DNA of 64,000 nucleotides from Macrostomum lignano (Eukaryota): NCBI GenBank assembly GCA_002269645.1, contig NIVC01001912.1, positions 62,001 to 126,000 of the forward strand, read 5' to 3'. Shown piece by piece: positions 10,901 to 23,236 of this stretch (position 1 is its first letter; each line of letters starts with the position of its first letter). The notes under the pieces were generated by a model. It saw only the letters and a program-made list of their open reading frames with translations, ran no database searches and was not told where the DNA came from. The position numbers and the translations under genes were made by a program.

Positions 10901-13900
10901 ATGGCTGAACCAGGCAGAAACGGTTCGCTAACGCCTACCAAGGCGGCGCCTGCGGCTGTCGGCGACGCTGCCGGCGGCGCATCAACAGACGGCGCTGTGC
11001 CCAGCTCGCGGAAAGAGGTTTGGACTAATAAGCTGGGATTCTTCCTCTCCGTCATGGGATACAACATCGGCTTGGGCGATATTCTGCGCTTTCCCTACCT
11101 GGTGATGAAGAATGGAGGAGGTGAATACCTGTTCTCTCTAGTCTGTCTGTATTAGCCTGTCAGTCTTTATTAGCCTGTCAGTCGATCTGTATTAGCCTGT
11201 CAGTCGATCTGTGTTAGCCTGTCAGTCTGTATTAGCCTGTCAGTCTGTATTGGCCCGTCAGTCTGTATTAGCCTGTCAGTCTGTATTAGCCTGTCAGTCT
11301 GTATTATCCTGTCAGTCGATCTGTATTAGCCTGTCAGTCGATCTGTATTAGCCTGTCAGTCTGTAAGCATTTTCATTCATATTTATTCCATTGATTAGTT
11401 TGCTCTACTCATTCTACTCTGACATGCGTCAGAAGAATCAGTCAGCTTTAATTTAAACATACGCTCAGGCACACACTGCGGTTTAAGTTAAAAACAAAGC
11501 GCTGCCTTCCAATTCAAAGTAAGCAGCCGGTCCCCGCCTGTAACCCGAGCAGATCGCGAGCTGATACAACAAGCAACACTTTAGTCGCATTTGTAATGCG
11601 ATAACGAAGGGCGTTTTACGAGTTAACTTACTACTTGAATGCCGCTGTGTTGCATTTATCAAGCGCAGTTGTACAAGTACAAGCGTATGGCCCGCACTCT
11701 GTACTACTGCGCAGTGCAAGTCGGCTGCTTCACACAACACCAGTTAGTTCGTTGCACCATGGACAGTTGAAGTAGAAGGACTTTCAAAGAAATGAGCTTT
11801 AGGCCGGTAAGAAAAGAATGTTCATCCTATCGCCAGTGCGTTTAAATCAATGAGGTTTTGCCATAGACAATTTCGGTAGAGAAAAATCCGATTTCTCCAG
11901 AGCATAGTAAATGCACTGGCGATGCTATAGGAACAAGCTGGGCTTCTTAATCACTCAGGACGGGAAACTCGCAACTCGCAACGTTCGTTCCTTACCGGCT
12001 TGCAGCTTTTTTCTAAGAAAATCGAGTTCAGCTGTCCATGCGTTGCAACTCCCTCCCCCCGACACCTGTCTGTCAGTTTTTGGTCGATCAGTCAGTCAAA
12101 GGTCGACACAAGTAGCTTTTAGGGATCGTGTGCATGTATAGCTTAATTAATGAAGTGCTACTCAAAAACCTATATCTATACACGATTGATCTGCTCTAAT
12201 GAGTAGTGGATAAGCTCGTCTCTCTGAGTAGAGGGAAATCAAATGATGGTGCAGGATCGGCAGCAGCCAGCTGATTGGTAGTTAAGGGATTTGTATTCAT
12301 TTATTCAGCTACATGTTGTTTAAACATTGGGATTTATGTCGAATTGTCTCTATTTGTTCTCAGACTCATCTCCATCAAGGTAAAGATACGAGTAGGAGTT
12401 GGCTAGTGTGATTGTATTGTTGCAGCTCATTAATTATTAATGAAGCAAGGTGATCAAATAGTAGCCATTTAACTTGCTCGGTGCGAACTGCAGGTGTTTT
12501 AGTGTCTGAGCATATGCATGAGCATATAAAGCTTGCAAATGCAATCGTTTAGATTGATGCATCTCTTCTAGAACTGTCTAAAGCATGATTTGGCACGAGT
12601 TCTTTTGTACTCGTAGTACGAGCGTAAAATATCAAGACGGTTGTTTATTAACACATGACAGCTGATGAAAAACTCGTATAGGACAGCCACTGGCGAGGGA
12701 TTGTTTAGGACAGGTGATCAGCTCATGTGGGACTGTTTTACGATAACGAATCATCTAATCTTTTTGTTTTATCCCAGGGATGAAAATCCCAGGGACCACA
12801 ATACCTAACAGAGCTACCATACCTCGCTTTCCCACTCAGGTGCCTTCCTCATCCCATATTTCACCTTCCTGTTCAGCATCGGAGTGCCGCTATTCGTGAT
12901 GGAGCTCTCCCTGGGCCAGTACACCGGCAAAACTCCCCTTGTGTTCTACCAGAATCTCTGCCCCATCCTGAAGGGCATCGGCTGGTGCAACATCATTAGC
13001 TGCTTCTTCTTCAACGTCTATTATATGATTCAGTTGGCTTGGATCTGCTTCTACTTGATTAACAGCTTCATGAATCCGCTGCCCTGGTCCGAATGCGACC
13101 CGGCCGCTGCCAATGCCAGCCTGTGCTACAAGCCGCACCTGTCGGACAATTACACTGTGTCGCCAGAGTACCTCACGGTCAGTTGTTTGCGTAGTTTTAG
13201 TATATTGGACTAGCCAAGTTGCCCCCCCCCCCGGGGGAAGCTTCGAAGAGTGATCTTTTCCAGCAGGAAAGTGGTTCTGTGTTGAAATTCGTAGTCACTT
13301 AATATATTTTCATATTTTCATATTTTCAACCATGTTGAAAACTTGATTTCACTCATCACCGCACTGAGTAAAAGCAGATTTGACTAGCACCAGTGACAGT
13401 CAGTCGATGAAAAAAGATCGAAGAAGAAATACTATGGAAAACACCTTTCATTCCATAAAGAACCGCGGCTTGCACAAAGGGATAAAAGCGTAAAGAGGAG
13501 AGGTGCCACGGTAATATTTGATAGACAGACAGGCCAGAAATACAGAAACGCTTTTCTGTCACAGAAATCGAACTTGTCCAACATGTCACGCTTTCGAAAG
13601 CCTGCAATATGATTGATTTTATTGAGAGAAAGTGAGAGGTTCGCAACAGTGTTCATTTCCCCTGTTATATATCTTGTTGCAACTTTCGTCTTGAGAGAGA
13701 GAGAAACTGGAGGCGTCAACAGGCCCAGACGGAGACATCTCCATTAACTGATCGTTTCTGTCGCTTTCTGTCACAGTCCCCCGGGAATGGAGATCTCTGG
13801 ATGTAGAGAGCGTCTTTGGGCGATTAGGCCTATGGCTAATTTCGTGCAATTCCGGGGAAATCGAGGGAGCACGTGAGGGAGCATCTTGGAAATTCAGGCG

Positions 13901-16900
13901 CTCCAAATATCAGCCAAAACGCTTTGAGAACTTTTGCATAATTGAAAGCCAGAAGAGTTCCCTTGATGTCTGCTCGGATCTCCTCGGAGTTGCAACTTCG
14001 ACGCCCTGAGCAGCAAGTTTAAAAAGCGTGCCAATTCTTTTTTGATGAGCTTATCAATATCTTATTTCGAATGTCCCCGAACTCGAGAAGGGAATATAAA
14101 TTATTTAGATCCGTGTTTCACAATTTTATACATTGGAATAAAATTTCAGAACATTGAAAACTGCTCCATCTACGATTCGAAAGGCAAATCGCCCACTGAG
14201 TACTTCTTCGAGTGAGTTGAATTTTTACGGCAATATTTCTAGCGCGAATTCAAACTGTTGAACCAGTTTTTATGGTCAAACAAATGAATTTTAGCCATAA
14301 TCTGCTGAGCTTGACCGAAGGAATTCACGATCTTGGTGGCATGCGCTGGGACCTGCTGGGGCTCCTGCTGTTCTCCTGGATACTGGTGTACTGCTGCCTT
14401 ATCAAGGGCGTTAAATCTCTTGGCAAGGTGAGAGAGTCAAAGTTGTTGTTGCTTTTAGAAGACGCCAATTCTGGTTTTAGGGAGAGCTAAGACTCAAGAA
14501 TTTCATTCGAGTTATGCTTCGACAAGGGGTCGGCAAACTCTGGCTACATGCGGTCCTCGAGGCCTCTCTATCCGGTCCTCGGGTCCTTTGAAACTTCATA
14601 ATGGCAATCTCCTCTCATCTTCTCTCTCATCTCTTCTCTCATCCCATATATTATCACATCAATCTTCTCATCTCTCTCGCCTTTACTCTTTTCTCTTATC
14701 TCTCATCTCCTTTTTCCCATTCTTTCTCTCATCTATTCCCTCTCCTCTACTCTCTCACCTGGCCCACAGCCATTAGCAAGGTTCTTTACCTGGCTTAGAT
14801 CCAAAAAGCATATTGTTGTGTTACAAAAACAATCATTCAACAGGTAGTCTACGTCACCGCCCTCGGCCCGTACGTGTTCCTGCTAATCCTGTTCATCCGA
14901 GGCCTGTTCCTCCCCGGTGGCCGGGCTGGCATCATGTACTATCTCACTCCCGATTGGTCCTCGCTAGCCACCGCCCAGCCCTGGGTGGAGGCGGCCCAGC
15001 AGATCTTCTGGAGCCTCGCACCGGCCTGGGGCGGCACCATTTGCATGGCGTCGCACAACGCGTTCAACAATAACATCTATCGGGACAGTCTTACGCTGCC
15101 GGTCTTGTCAGCGATGACGTCATTCTTCGGCGGCTTCGTCACCTTTGCCTACATTGGTGATTTAGCGATGCGCAAAGGCCAGGCAATTAACTGCGTGCTG
15201 AAGCCGGGCCCCGGCCTGGCTTTTCTGGTCTATCCGTCCGCATTCGACACGCTGCCCTGGTCGCAGCTCTGGTCTGTGATCTTCTTTGTCCTGCTGTTGT
15301 TCCTGGGCTTGGACAGCTCGGTGAGCGACCGGAATGACGCGCTTTGTCAAAGACAACTTGAGTGGAAGGATGGGGAACTTCTTAACTTTACATGAAGTCC
15401 AAGAAAATCCCAAATAAAGAAGCAAGCAAACTGCCGTAGCCCAGTGGTCTGGCGCGGCGCTCTGATGTACCAGCGGCCCAGGCTCGATTCCAAGTGCAGC
15501 CACCATTAATTTGGGGCTGAATTTGAATTTCGGCTTGGCTCTGCTCGTGCAATTAACGGCCTTGAGGGCCAACCCCAAGGCACAGTGAAGTGTACATGCC
15601 TAACGATAAATAAAGTTAGGGCCGCTGTACTCTCCTGTGTGAGTGTGTGGCTGTGCGTATGACTGCGTACGTATCCGCGCGCTTGTGTGCCTGCTCAAGG
15701 GAGTCGGCGGAATGGGCAGTAATGCCTCTTACTGCTTGTGTGACAATGTCGCTTAAAGTGCGCCAGGGTGCACACAGCCCCCTGCATCTAATAAAATTTT
15801 TCCGGCAAACTTGTGAGTGCACCGCCTCGAACGAAGCACCCAAGTTTCCCATCCTTCCATTTGAGCCGTTCTTGGACTTTGTAATCGTTTTATTTTAGTT
15901 AATTATCAGTCAACTAAGCCGCAAAATTTATCCCAATTTCAAGTTCACAACCTTCGAGGCCATGTACCAGAGTCTGATCGATGAGTACCCCATACTGCGT
16001 CGTTGGCAAAATTGGGCTGTTAAGCTGGGCTTCTGCGCTGTCAGCATGTCGTTTGGCATCCCGATGGTCACCAGGGTGAGTCTAAGCTTTTTGTTATCCC
16101 ATCGATACCGGAAGTTATCCCATCGATAGTGGAAGTTATCCCATCGATAGTAGAAGTTATCCCATCGATAGTGGAAGTTATCCCATCGATAGTGGAAGTT
16201 ATCCCATCGATACTGGAAGTTATCCCATCGATACCGGAAGATATCCCATCGATACCGGAAGTTATCCCATCGATATTGGAAGTTACCCCATCGATGCTGG
16301 AATTTATCCCATCGAAACCAAGTGGATCCAGTAGTTCTAACATTCATCCACATCCTCAACATCCTTATCAGGGCGGCTACTACATCTACACCCTGGTTGA
16401 CTGGTATCAGGTCACCTTCATGATGGGCGTGGCGCTGTTTGAAGTCCTGGCGATTATCTACGCATACGGTGAGTCCCTTCTGCACAACATTTATTATGAA
16501 TCGGTGCCACTTTAATCGAGGAGAAATTTCAATATTTGAATGCGACAGGCAGCGGTCGGGTTCGCGCCAACATCCGCCTGATGACCGGAGTTCGAATGAC
16601 CATCTTCTGGGACATCGTTTGGCGCGCCGTTCTGCCCATTGTGCTGTTGGTGAGCGCTTGATTTCCTTTATATATTCAATTTAAAGCTCCCTTTGAAATT
16701 TGGCGCCCTTTGATAGATTTGGCGCCCTATTTGATAGCCTTGGCGCCCATTTCATAGATTTGGCGCCCCATTAGATAGATTAGGCGCCCCCTTTTACGCA
16801 ATTAAACACTTCGATATCCCGATTTGGAAAGGTGCATTTGATGAGGCTGTTTTCTCTTCAAAAAAGGGGATAAAAACTTTGCCGATCGAACCCCACTTGG

Positions 16901-18834
16901 AAGACGCACAGCTGACAAGAAGGTACATTTGTTCAGCGGAAGTCCGCACAGTGTCCATTTTATTTGAATAAATAATTAAGTGAATTTTTTGCCTATCAAA
17001 GGATTTAGCCGATCGGATCCATTTAATCCGTAGCTAAATAGAGCCGGTCATGAATTAATTATTCAATTGGGAGCAGTTTTTAGGAGCGAATGGTGGGGAC
17101 GGGAGAGTGAGTTAAACAGGCTGGCAGGCAATTATATAACGGTATCAGCCAATAGAGCTCGCTTGTAAACTGGTCGGTGATATTTTCACCATCAATTTGT
17201 TAAAATCTGACGTTTCTAAAAAGAGCTTCAAGTAGCTCATGGCCTTCAAAACTTCACAATAGCAATCCGGCCCGCTCAAGGCTTGAGTAGTCTCTTCTCA
17301 GTTCTCGGCTCTTCTCTATTTTATCTCCTCTTTCCTCTCTCATCTGACCCGCAGCCATGAGCTGGATTCTTGATCAGGCCCCTGAGGTACATTTTGCCGA
17401 TCCCTGAAGTACTTGTACTCGTAGCACTCTGAAAAGTGTTTAGAGAGTGACAGACTGTGATAAAGGTTTTGAGAGTGATAGATACACTTTTGAGAGGGCT
17501 GTGAGAGTCGCAGACCAAATGATACGGAAGGTGTGATAATAGAGTGACAGACTGCACTCGTTGACACAGAAGATGTGATAGAGTGACAGACACAATATGC
17601 GATAATTGAGAGAGTGACAGACACAATATGCGATAATTGAGAGAGTGACAGACCCAATAATACGATAAGGGAGAGTGACAGACACAATAATACGATAAGG
17701 GAGAGTGACAGACCCAATAATACGATAAGGGAGAGTGACAGACACAATAATACGATAAGGGAGAGTGACAGACACAATAATACGATGAGGGAGAGTGACA
17801 GACACAATAATGCGATGAGGGAGAGTGACAGACACAAAAATGCGATGAGGGAGAGTGACAGACACAAAAATACGATAAGTGATTGAGTGACAGACACAAA
17901 AATACGATAAGTGATTGAGTGACAGACACAATAATACGATAAGGGAGAGTGACAGACACAATAATACGATAAGTGATAGTGAGAGACACCAATACTTCAC
18001 CCGCAGGCTCTGTTCATCTTCACCATGATGGAGTACCGGCCACCATCGTTCGCCGGCTACAAATATTCGGACCTGGCCATTGCCATGGGCTGGGTGTTCG
18101 CGTCGCTCGGTATCGTGCCACTGCCGATGTACTCCATTTACCTGCTGGCCTACGAGCTCTTCAAGCGGAGCCGGTCGGAGGATAAGGAGCCGCTGCCCGC
18201 TGTGAGTTGAGTACATAAAAATGCATGGTGAACTGAGGTGGTAAACTAAAGACGGAGTGGAGTAGCAGCCCAATGAGGAGGGGTCGGGGGTAGCAGCCAA
18301 ATGAGGAGGCGGTGGGGGTAGCAGCCCAATGAGGAGGTGGGGTGGGGGTAGCAGCCCAATGAGGAGGCGGGTGGGGGTAGCAGCCCAATGAGGAGGTGGG
18401 TGGGGGTAGCAGCCCAATGGAGGCGGGTGGGGGTAGCAGCCCAATGAGGAGGTGTGAGTGGGGGTAGCAGCTCACTGAAGAGGAAGTGGGGGGTAGCAGC
18501 CCAATGAGGAGGGGGTGGGGGTAGCAGCCCACTGAAGAAGAAGTGGGGGTAGCAGCCCAATGAGGAGGGGGTGGGGGTAGCAGCCCACTGAAGAGGGGTA
18601 GCAAGCTACAAAGGATGTTAAACGTTGTCCGATAAAGAAAAATAAAAGTACAATTTGAAATCCCTTAAGCTGGCCAAGCGGCTCGTCACTGCCACAGCCG
18701 ACTGGGAGTTCGAACGCGACCAGAACCTGCTGTCTGACGAGGAGATTAAACGGCGGTTCCTAAAAATGAGAGCCGAAGGTCGAGTCGAGGCTGTCGAGAT
18801 GCAGAATCTGCGAGCTGATGGCGCGCCAGCCTGA
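10901..18834 (+). CDS. SLC6 (NSS) Na+-dependent amino-acid/neurotransmitter transporter, GlyT/ATB0,+-like; 10 exons, ~639 aa
   Basis: Exons 10901-11120, 12840-13177, 14150-14211, 14295-14427, 14844-15320, 15944-16075, 16372-16468, 16549-16649, 18007-18201, 18670-18834 total 1920 nt in frame. Motifs [63 protein letters not shown]. Confidence 0.92.
11143..11365. repeat. 18/22-bp minisatellite (TCTGTATTAGCCTGTCAG), SLC6 intron 1
   Basis: Read directly. Confidence 0.9.
14523..14820 (+). mobile_element. hAT (Charlie-like TIR) MITE family A, copy 1
   Basis: Starts CAAGGGGTCGGCAAAC; CT-rich core; CTCACCTGGCCCACAGCCATTAGC..TTCTTTACCTG shared with copies at 17238 and 19025; right TIR degenerate. Confidence 0.65.
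15431..15794 (+). mobile_element. tRNA-derived SINE, copy 1 (SLC6 intron 5)
   Basis: A box TAGCCCAGTGG, B-box-like GGCTCGATTCC, GCCACCA end of tRNA-like head; ~360 bp similar to 34048-34402. Confidence 0.75.
16095..16312. repeat. 21-bp minisatellite (GAAGTTATCCCATCGATAGTG), SLC6 intron 6
   Basis: Read directly, ~10 copies. Confidence 0.93.
16690..16790. repeat. ~20-bp degenerate repeat (ATTTGGCGCCC...), ~5 copies
   Basis: TTGGCGCCC recurs. Confidence 0.75.
17238..17406 (+). mobile_element. hAT MITE family A, copy 2 (left-truncated)
   Basis: CCTTCAAAACTTCACAATAGCAATC matches copy 1; ends CATTTTGCCGATCCCTG, the reverse complement of the TIR. Confidence 0.65.
17430..17990. repeat. 30-bp minisatellite (GAGAGTGACAGACACAATAATACGATAAGG), SLC6 intron 8
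   Basis: Read directly. Confidence 0.93.
18255..18600. repeat. ~27-30-bp G-rich minisatellite (GGGGGTAGCAGCCCAATGAGGAG), SLC6 intron 9
   Basis: Read directly. Confidence 0.93.
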
Positions 18835-19024
18835 GCTGGGGTGGAAGAATGATTACTGAGAATCATTGAGCCGTCAAGTCTGCATTGTACCCATTTTTTA
18901 CTGAGAAACGATTTTATTTATCTTGTAATTCGAAATCTTGAATCAGCAATCATAAACGAAAGCATCCGTAGATTTTCAATCCCAAATACAAAAGGTTCAC
19001 CTATGCCAGCACATTGCATTCTAT

Positions 19025-19348
19025 CAGGGGTCGGCAAAATGCTCACTGTACCTCAAGGGTCAGGTAAAGAATCCAGCTCATGGCTGCGGCCCAGATGAGG
19101 GACGAAGAGAGGAGAGGCGATAGACGAGAAATCGCCTGAGAGATTATATGAGACCTCATGAAACCTCATGAGATTATATGAGATAAGAGGAGAAAGGAGA
19201 ATAAAGAAAGGAGAGATTAGAATACATGATAAATGAGGGATAAAGAGGAGGGGGGAGCGGAAAGAGAAGAGGAGAGAGGGAAGAGAGGAGATTAGAACGA
19301 AGGGAGCTGAGAAAAGACCCCCATCGGTCAGGGGTTTGCTGACCCCTA
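19025..19348 (-). mobile_element. hAT MITE family A, copy 3 (inverted, both TIRs)
   Basis: CAGGGGTCGGCAAAAT at 19025 and GTTTGCTGACCCCTA ending at 19348; internal CAGGTAAAGAATCCAGCTCATGGCTGCGGCCCAGATGAG is the reverse complement of the copy 1/2 segment. No TSD found. Confidence 0.7.
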
Positions 19349-20304
19349 TCCTTGAGATCATTCTGCCCCCAGATAAAACACGTCACGCTCTACTGAACTC
19401 TGCTGTTACTACTCTTTTGTAGTAGTTTGTCTAGCGAATCTTTAAATTGGCAAAGCTTTTTATCCTGTTGTTACTGAATAGATATGTATATATATGTTAA
19501 GCTAATTAGGTCTAGTTCCTTCACTTGTTATTATTAGTCAATTTCTGTCGTAAAGCCTAATTACTTTTACCAACTACGCTCATATTTCGCACCATTCGTA
19601 AAATATTATTTACGTCTAATTGCATAATAAATGATAATATTTTTAAGGATCATACTGAAAAAATATGGCAAGAAGCGCCAATAGAAGGACCCTACTGTTA
19701 GTAAGTAGCATGGACAGAACAGTTCGATCTTTCTGAGAAATTGAAAAATCTTCAAAACATTCTTTCGGAAACTTAAAAAATACGCATTAATTATTTTTAA
19801 GGATTTTTTCCCGGAAGCTTTGAGCCTTTAAAACAATTTCTAAGAATCGAAGTGTTCTAAACTTAAATTTCTAGTGATCCTTGGATTTTTCACATCGCTG
19901 ATATCAAGTATTCTTTCTTGTCACTTTTACCTGCCATCAACTATTATATTATTGGGCTTATTATTCCTTTGTGTTTAATATTTTACCAGATCACCTATCT
20001 GATCGAAAACTGCATTCGCTCGACTTTTTAAGCACTTTTTTGCACTCATTTTAGTTGCCTAGAAGAAATCAACTGAATAAATAATGGTATTCACTCAAAA
20101 CCCTGAACACTTTGAATAAACTTTTTGAAAATATTGTTTTCATATTAATAATTTATTTCTCTTGAAATTTTCCAGACAGGATACAGAAATTTCTCAGATT
20201 TTTTACCTTTATGTTACTGCAAAACCAGAAAAGATAAAGAAAGAGGTTATTAGTAGATTATTGTGCAAAATTGAATCAGATGGTGTTTGTCAGATTGCGT
20301 CAGC

Positions 20305-21790
20305 GAGATTGTGAGAGTCAGTGGGATTGTGTCAGTCAGTGGGATTGTGTCAGTCAGTGGGATTGTGTCAGTCAGTGAGATTGTGTCAGTGAGATTGTGT
20401 CAGTCAGTGGGATTGTGTCAGTGGGATTGTGTCAGTCAGTGAGATTGTGTCAGTGAGATTGTGTCAGTCAGTGGGATTGTGTCAGTGAGATTGTGTCAGT
20501 CAGTGAGATTGTGTCAGTGAGATTGTGTCAGTCAGTGGGATTGTGTCAGTCAGTGAGATTGTTTCAGTCAGTGGGATTGTGTCAGTCAGTGAGATTGTGT
20601 CAGTGAGATTGTGTCAGTCAGTGGGATTGTGTCAGTCAGTGGGATTGTGTCAGTCAGTGAGATTGTGTCAGTCAGTGGGATTGTGTCAGTCATCGGGATT
20701 GTGTCAGTCAGTGAGATTGTTTCAGTCAGTGGGATTGTGTCAGTCAGTGAGATTGTGTCAGTGAGATTGTGTCAGTCAGTGGGATTGTGTCAGTCAGTGG
20801 GATTGTGTCAGTCAGTGAGATTGTTTCAGTCAGTGGGATTGTGTCAGTCAGTGAGGTTGTGTCAGTCAGTGGGATTGTGTCAGTCAGTGGGATTGTGTCA
20901 GTCAGTGGGATTGTGTCAGTGAGATTGTGTCAGTCAGTGGGATTGTGTCAGTCAGTGGGATTGTGTCAGTCAGTGAGATTGTTTCAGTCAGTGGGATTGT
21001 GTCAGTCAGTGAGGTTGTGTCAGTCAGTGGGATTGTGTCAGTCAGTGGGATTGTGTCAGTCAGTGGGATTGTGTCAGTCAGTGAGATTGTTTCAGTCAGT
21101 GGGATTGTGTCAGTGAGATTGTGTCAGTCAGTGGGATTGTGTCAGTCAGTGGGATTGTGTCAGTCAGTGAGATTGTGTCAGTCAGTGAGATTGTGTCAGT
21201 CAGTGAGATTGTGTCAGTGGGATTGTGTCAGTCATCGGGATTGTGTCAGTCAGTGAGATTGTGTCAGTCAGTGGGATTGTGTCAGTCAGTCGGATTGTGT
21301 CAGTCAGTGAGATTGGGTCAGTGAGATTGTGTCAGTCAGCCAAATTGGGTCAGTGAGATTGTGTCAGTGAAATTGGGTCAGTGAGATTGTGTTAGTGAAA
21401 TTGGGTCAGTGAGATTGTGTCAGTGAGATTGTGTCAGTGAGATTGGGTCAGTGAGATTGTGTCAATGAGATTGGGTCAGTGAGATTGTGTCAGTGAAATT
21501 GGGTCAGTGAGCTTGTGTCAGTGAGATTGTGTCAGTGAGATTGGGTCAGTGAGATTGTGACAGTCAGTGAGATTGTGTCAGTGAGATTGTGTCAGTGAGA
21601 TTGTGTCAGTCAGTGAGATTGTGTCAGTCAGTGAGATTGTGTCAGTCAGTGAGATTGTGTCAGTCAGTGAGATTGTGTCAGTCAGTGAGATTGTGACAGT
21701 CAGTGAGATTGTGTCAGTCAGTGAGATTGTGTCAGTGAGATTGGGTCAGTCAGTGAGATTGTGTCAATAAGATTGGGTCAGTCAGTGAGA
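20305..21790. repeat. 14/18-bp minisatellite (GATTGTGTCAGT[CAGT]GA), ~1.5 kb
   Basis: Read directly. Confidence 0.96.
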
Positions 21791-21810
21791 TTCGTCAGTC
21801 AGCCAGGTTG

Positions 21811-23236
21811 TCAGTAGCTGTCGCTGTCGCCAAAGCAGGGCTCGCTGGCAGGGCCGCCCCGCCTCAGGCAGCAGCGGCAGCGCTCGCAGCCGCGCCCGTC
21901 GACCTGCAGCCGGCCGTCGCCGCCGTGTCGCCGCCGACAATTGCGCTGGCAGATTTTGCTCAGCCACCGGGGCAGTCGGCAGCTGCTGTTGAAGCTGAGC
22001 CCCAACTGCAGCGTTGGCTGCTCGTCTTCATCCGGCCCATCCTCCGTTGCTAGGCAGGTACAGTTACCATAGCAACGGCCGTTTGGACCGCCTAGGCGGC
22101 AGCGAACGAAGCTGCCGGTCGGACAGTCGGGCGGCGGAGGCGGCGGCTGCCGCTCCGGACAGTCAAGAGGCTCGGGGGATTCGGGGCAGGACTCGAACCG
22201 CCTGGGAGTTCTGGGGATTTTTATTGTTGCTGATCAGCTTCGATATGATAATAAGTGAAGTCTGAATGAGAGATGCATGGGAATAGACTGATTGGGAATA
22301 GACTGATTGGGAATAGACTGATAGAGAATAGACTGATAGAGAATAGACTGATTGGGAATAGGCTGATTGGGAATAGGCTGATTGGGAATAGACTGATTGG
22401 GAATAGACTGATTGGGAATAGACTGATTGGGAATAGGCTGATTGGGAATAGGCTGATTGAGAATAGACTGATTGGGAATAGGCTGATTGGGAATAGGCTG
22501 ATTGGGAATAGGCTGATTGGGAATAGACTGATTGGGAATAGACTGATAGAGAATAGACTGATTGGGAATAGACTGATTGGGAATAGACTGATTGGGAATA
22601 GGCTGATTGGGAATAGACTGATTGGGAATAGGCTGATTGGGAATAGGCTGATTGGAAATAGACTGATAGAGAATAGGCTGATTGGGAATAGGCTGATTGG
22701 GAATAGGCTGATTGGGAATAGGCTGATTGGGAATAGACTGATAGAGAATAGACTGATTGGGAATAGGCTGATTGGGAATAGGCTGATTGGGAATAGACTG
22801 ATAGAGAATAGGCTGATTGGGAATAGACTGATAGAGAATAGACTGATTGGGAATAGACTGATTGGGAATAGACTGCTTTGGAGTACCCCAATCAATTGAT
22901 ATATACGTTAAAAAATACGAAATAAACATACAGTAAGTTAACCAATTAGCTCAACAGCTAAGAATTAAATATGTTAATGAACTCACCATTTTGCCGACTC
23001 TGCGTGTCCCTCAGACAAGGACAGTCAAAACCGGAGTCTACCGAGCTGGTGTCATTAATAATACCCGCATCGCTTTGCATAGGTGTCGGTGTCAGGCACA
23101 TCTTAGCAAACACTTGGCGACTCTTATCGCAGTTGGTACACAGCAGGCGGCAGGTGTTAATGTCCAATTGCTGCTGCAGGCTAATTGGTAGCACTGCTAA
23201 CAGACATAGGACGACAACAATGATCGGTGCTTTCAT
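21811..23236 (-). CDS. Secreted cysteine-rich protein with C-terminal antistasin-like motif; 2 exons, ~222 aa
   Basis: Exon 1 23236-22987 (signal peptide MKAPIIVVVLCLLAVLPISLQ, donor G|GTGAGT). Exon 2 22229-21811 (acceptor TCAG, the only nearby one in the right phase) is open and Cys-rich, ending C...C...C...DGRGCERCRC. Confidence 0.72.
22278..22875. repeat. 15-bp minisatellite (GGGAATAGACTGATT), intron of Cys-rich gene
   Basis: Read directly, ~40 copies. Confidence 0.96.

Noticed and set aside
11911-12141. YRNKLGFL resembling SLC6 exon 1 TNKLGFF (alternative or duplicated exon)
   Set aside because: Similarity is limited to about 17 nt; no TM1 follows.
13356-14060. Short antisense ORFs in SLC6 intron 2
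   Set aside because: No recognisable domain or consistent splice structure.
15431-15510. Functional tRNA gene
   Set aside because: Imperfect stems and B box, and it is fused to a ~290-bp body present in two copies, so SINE head is the better call.
22063-22076. Perfect RFX X-box GTTACCATAGCAAC
   Set aside because: It lies inside a coding exon (R-C-Y-G-N on the minus strand), not a promoter; chance is plausible.
22163-22929. Four overlapping 200+ aa ORFs
   Set aside because: Translations of the 15-bp intronic array.
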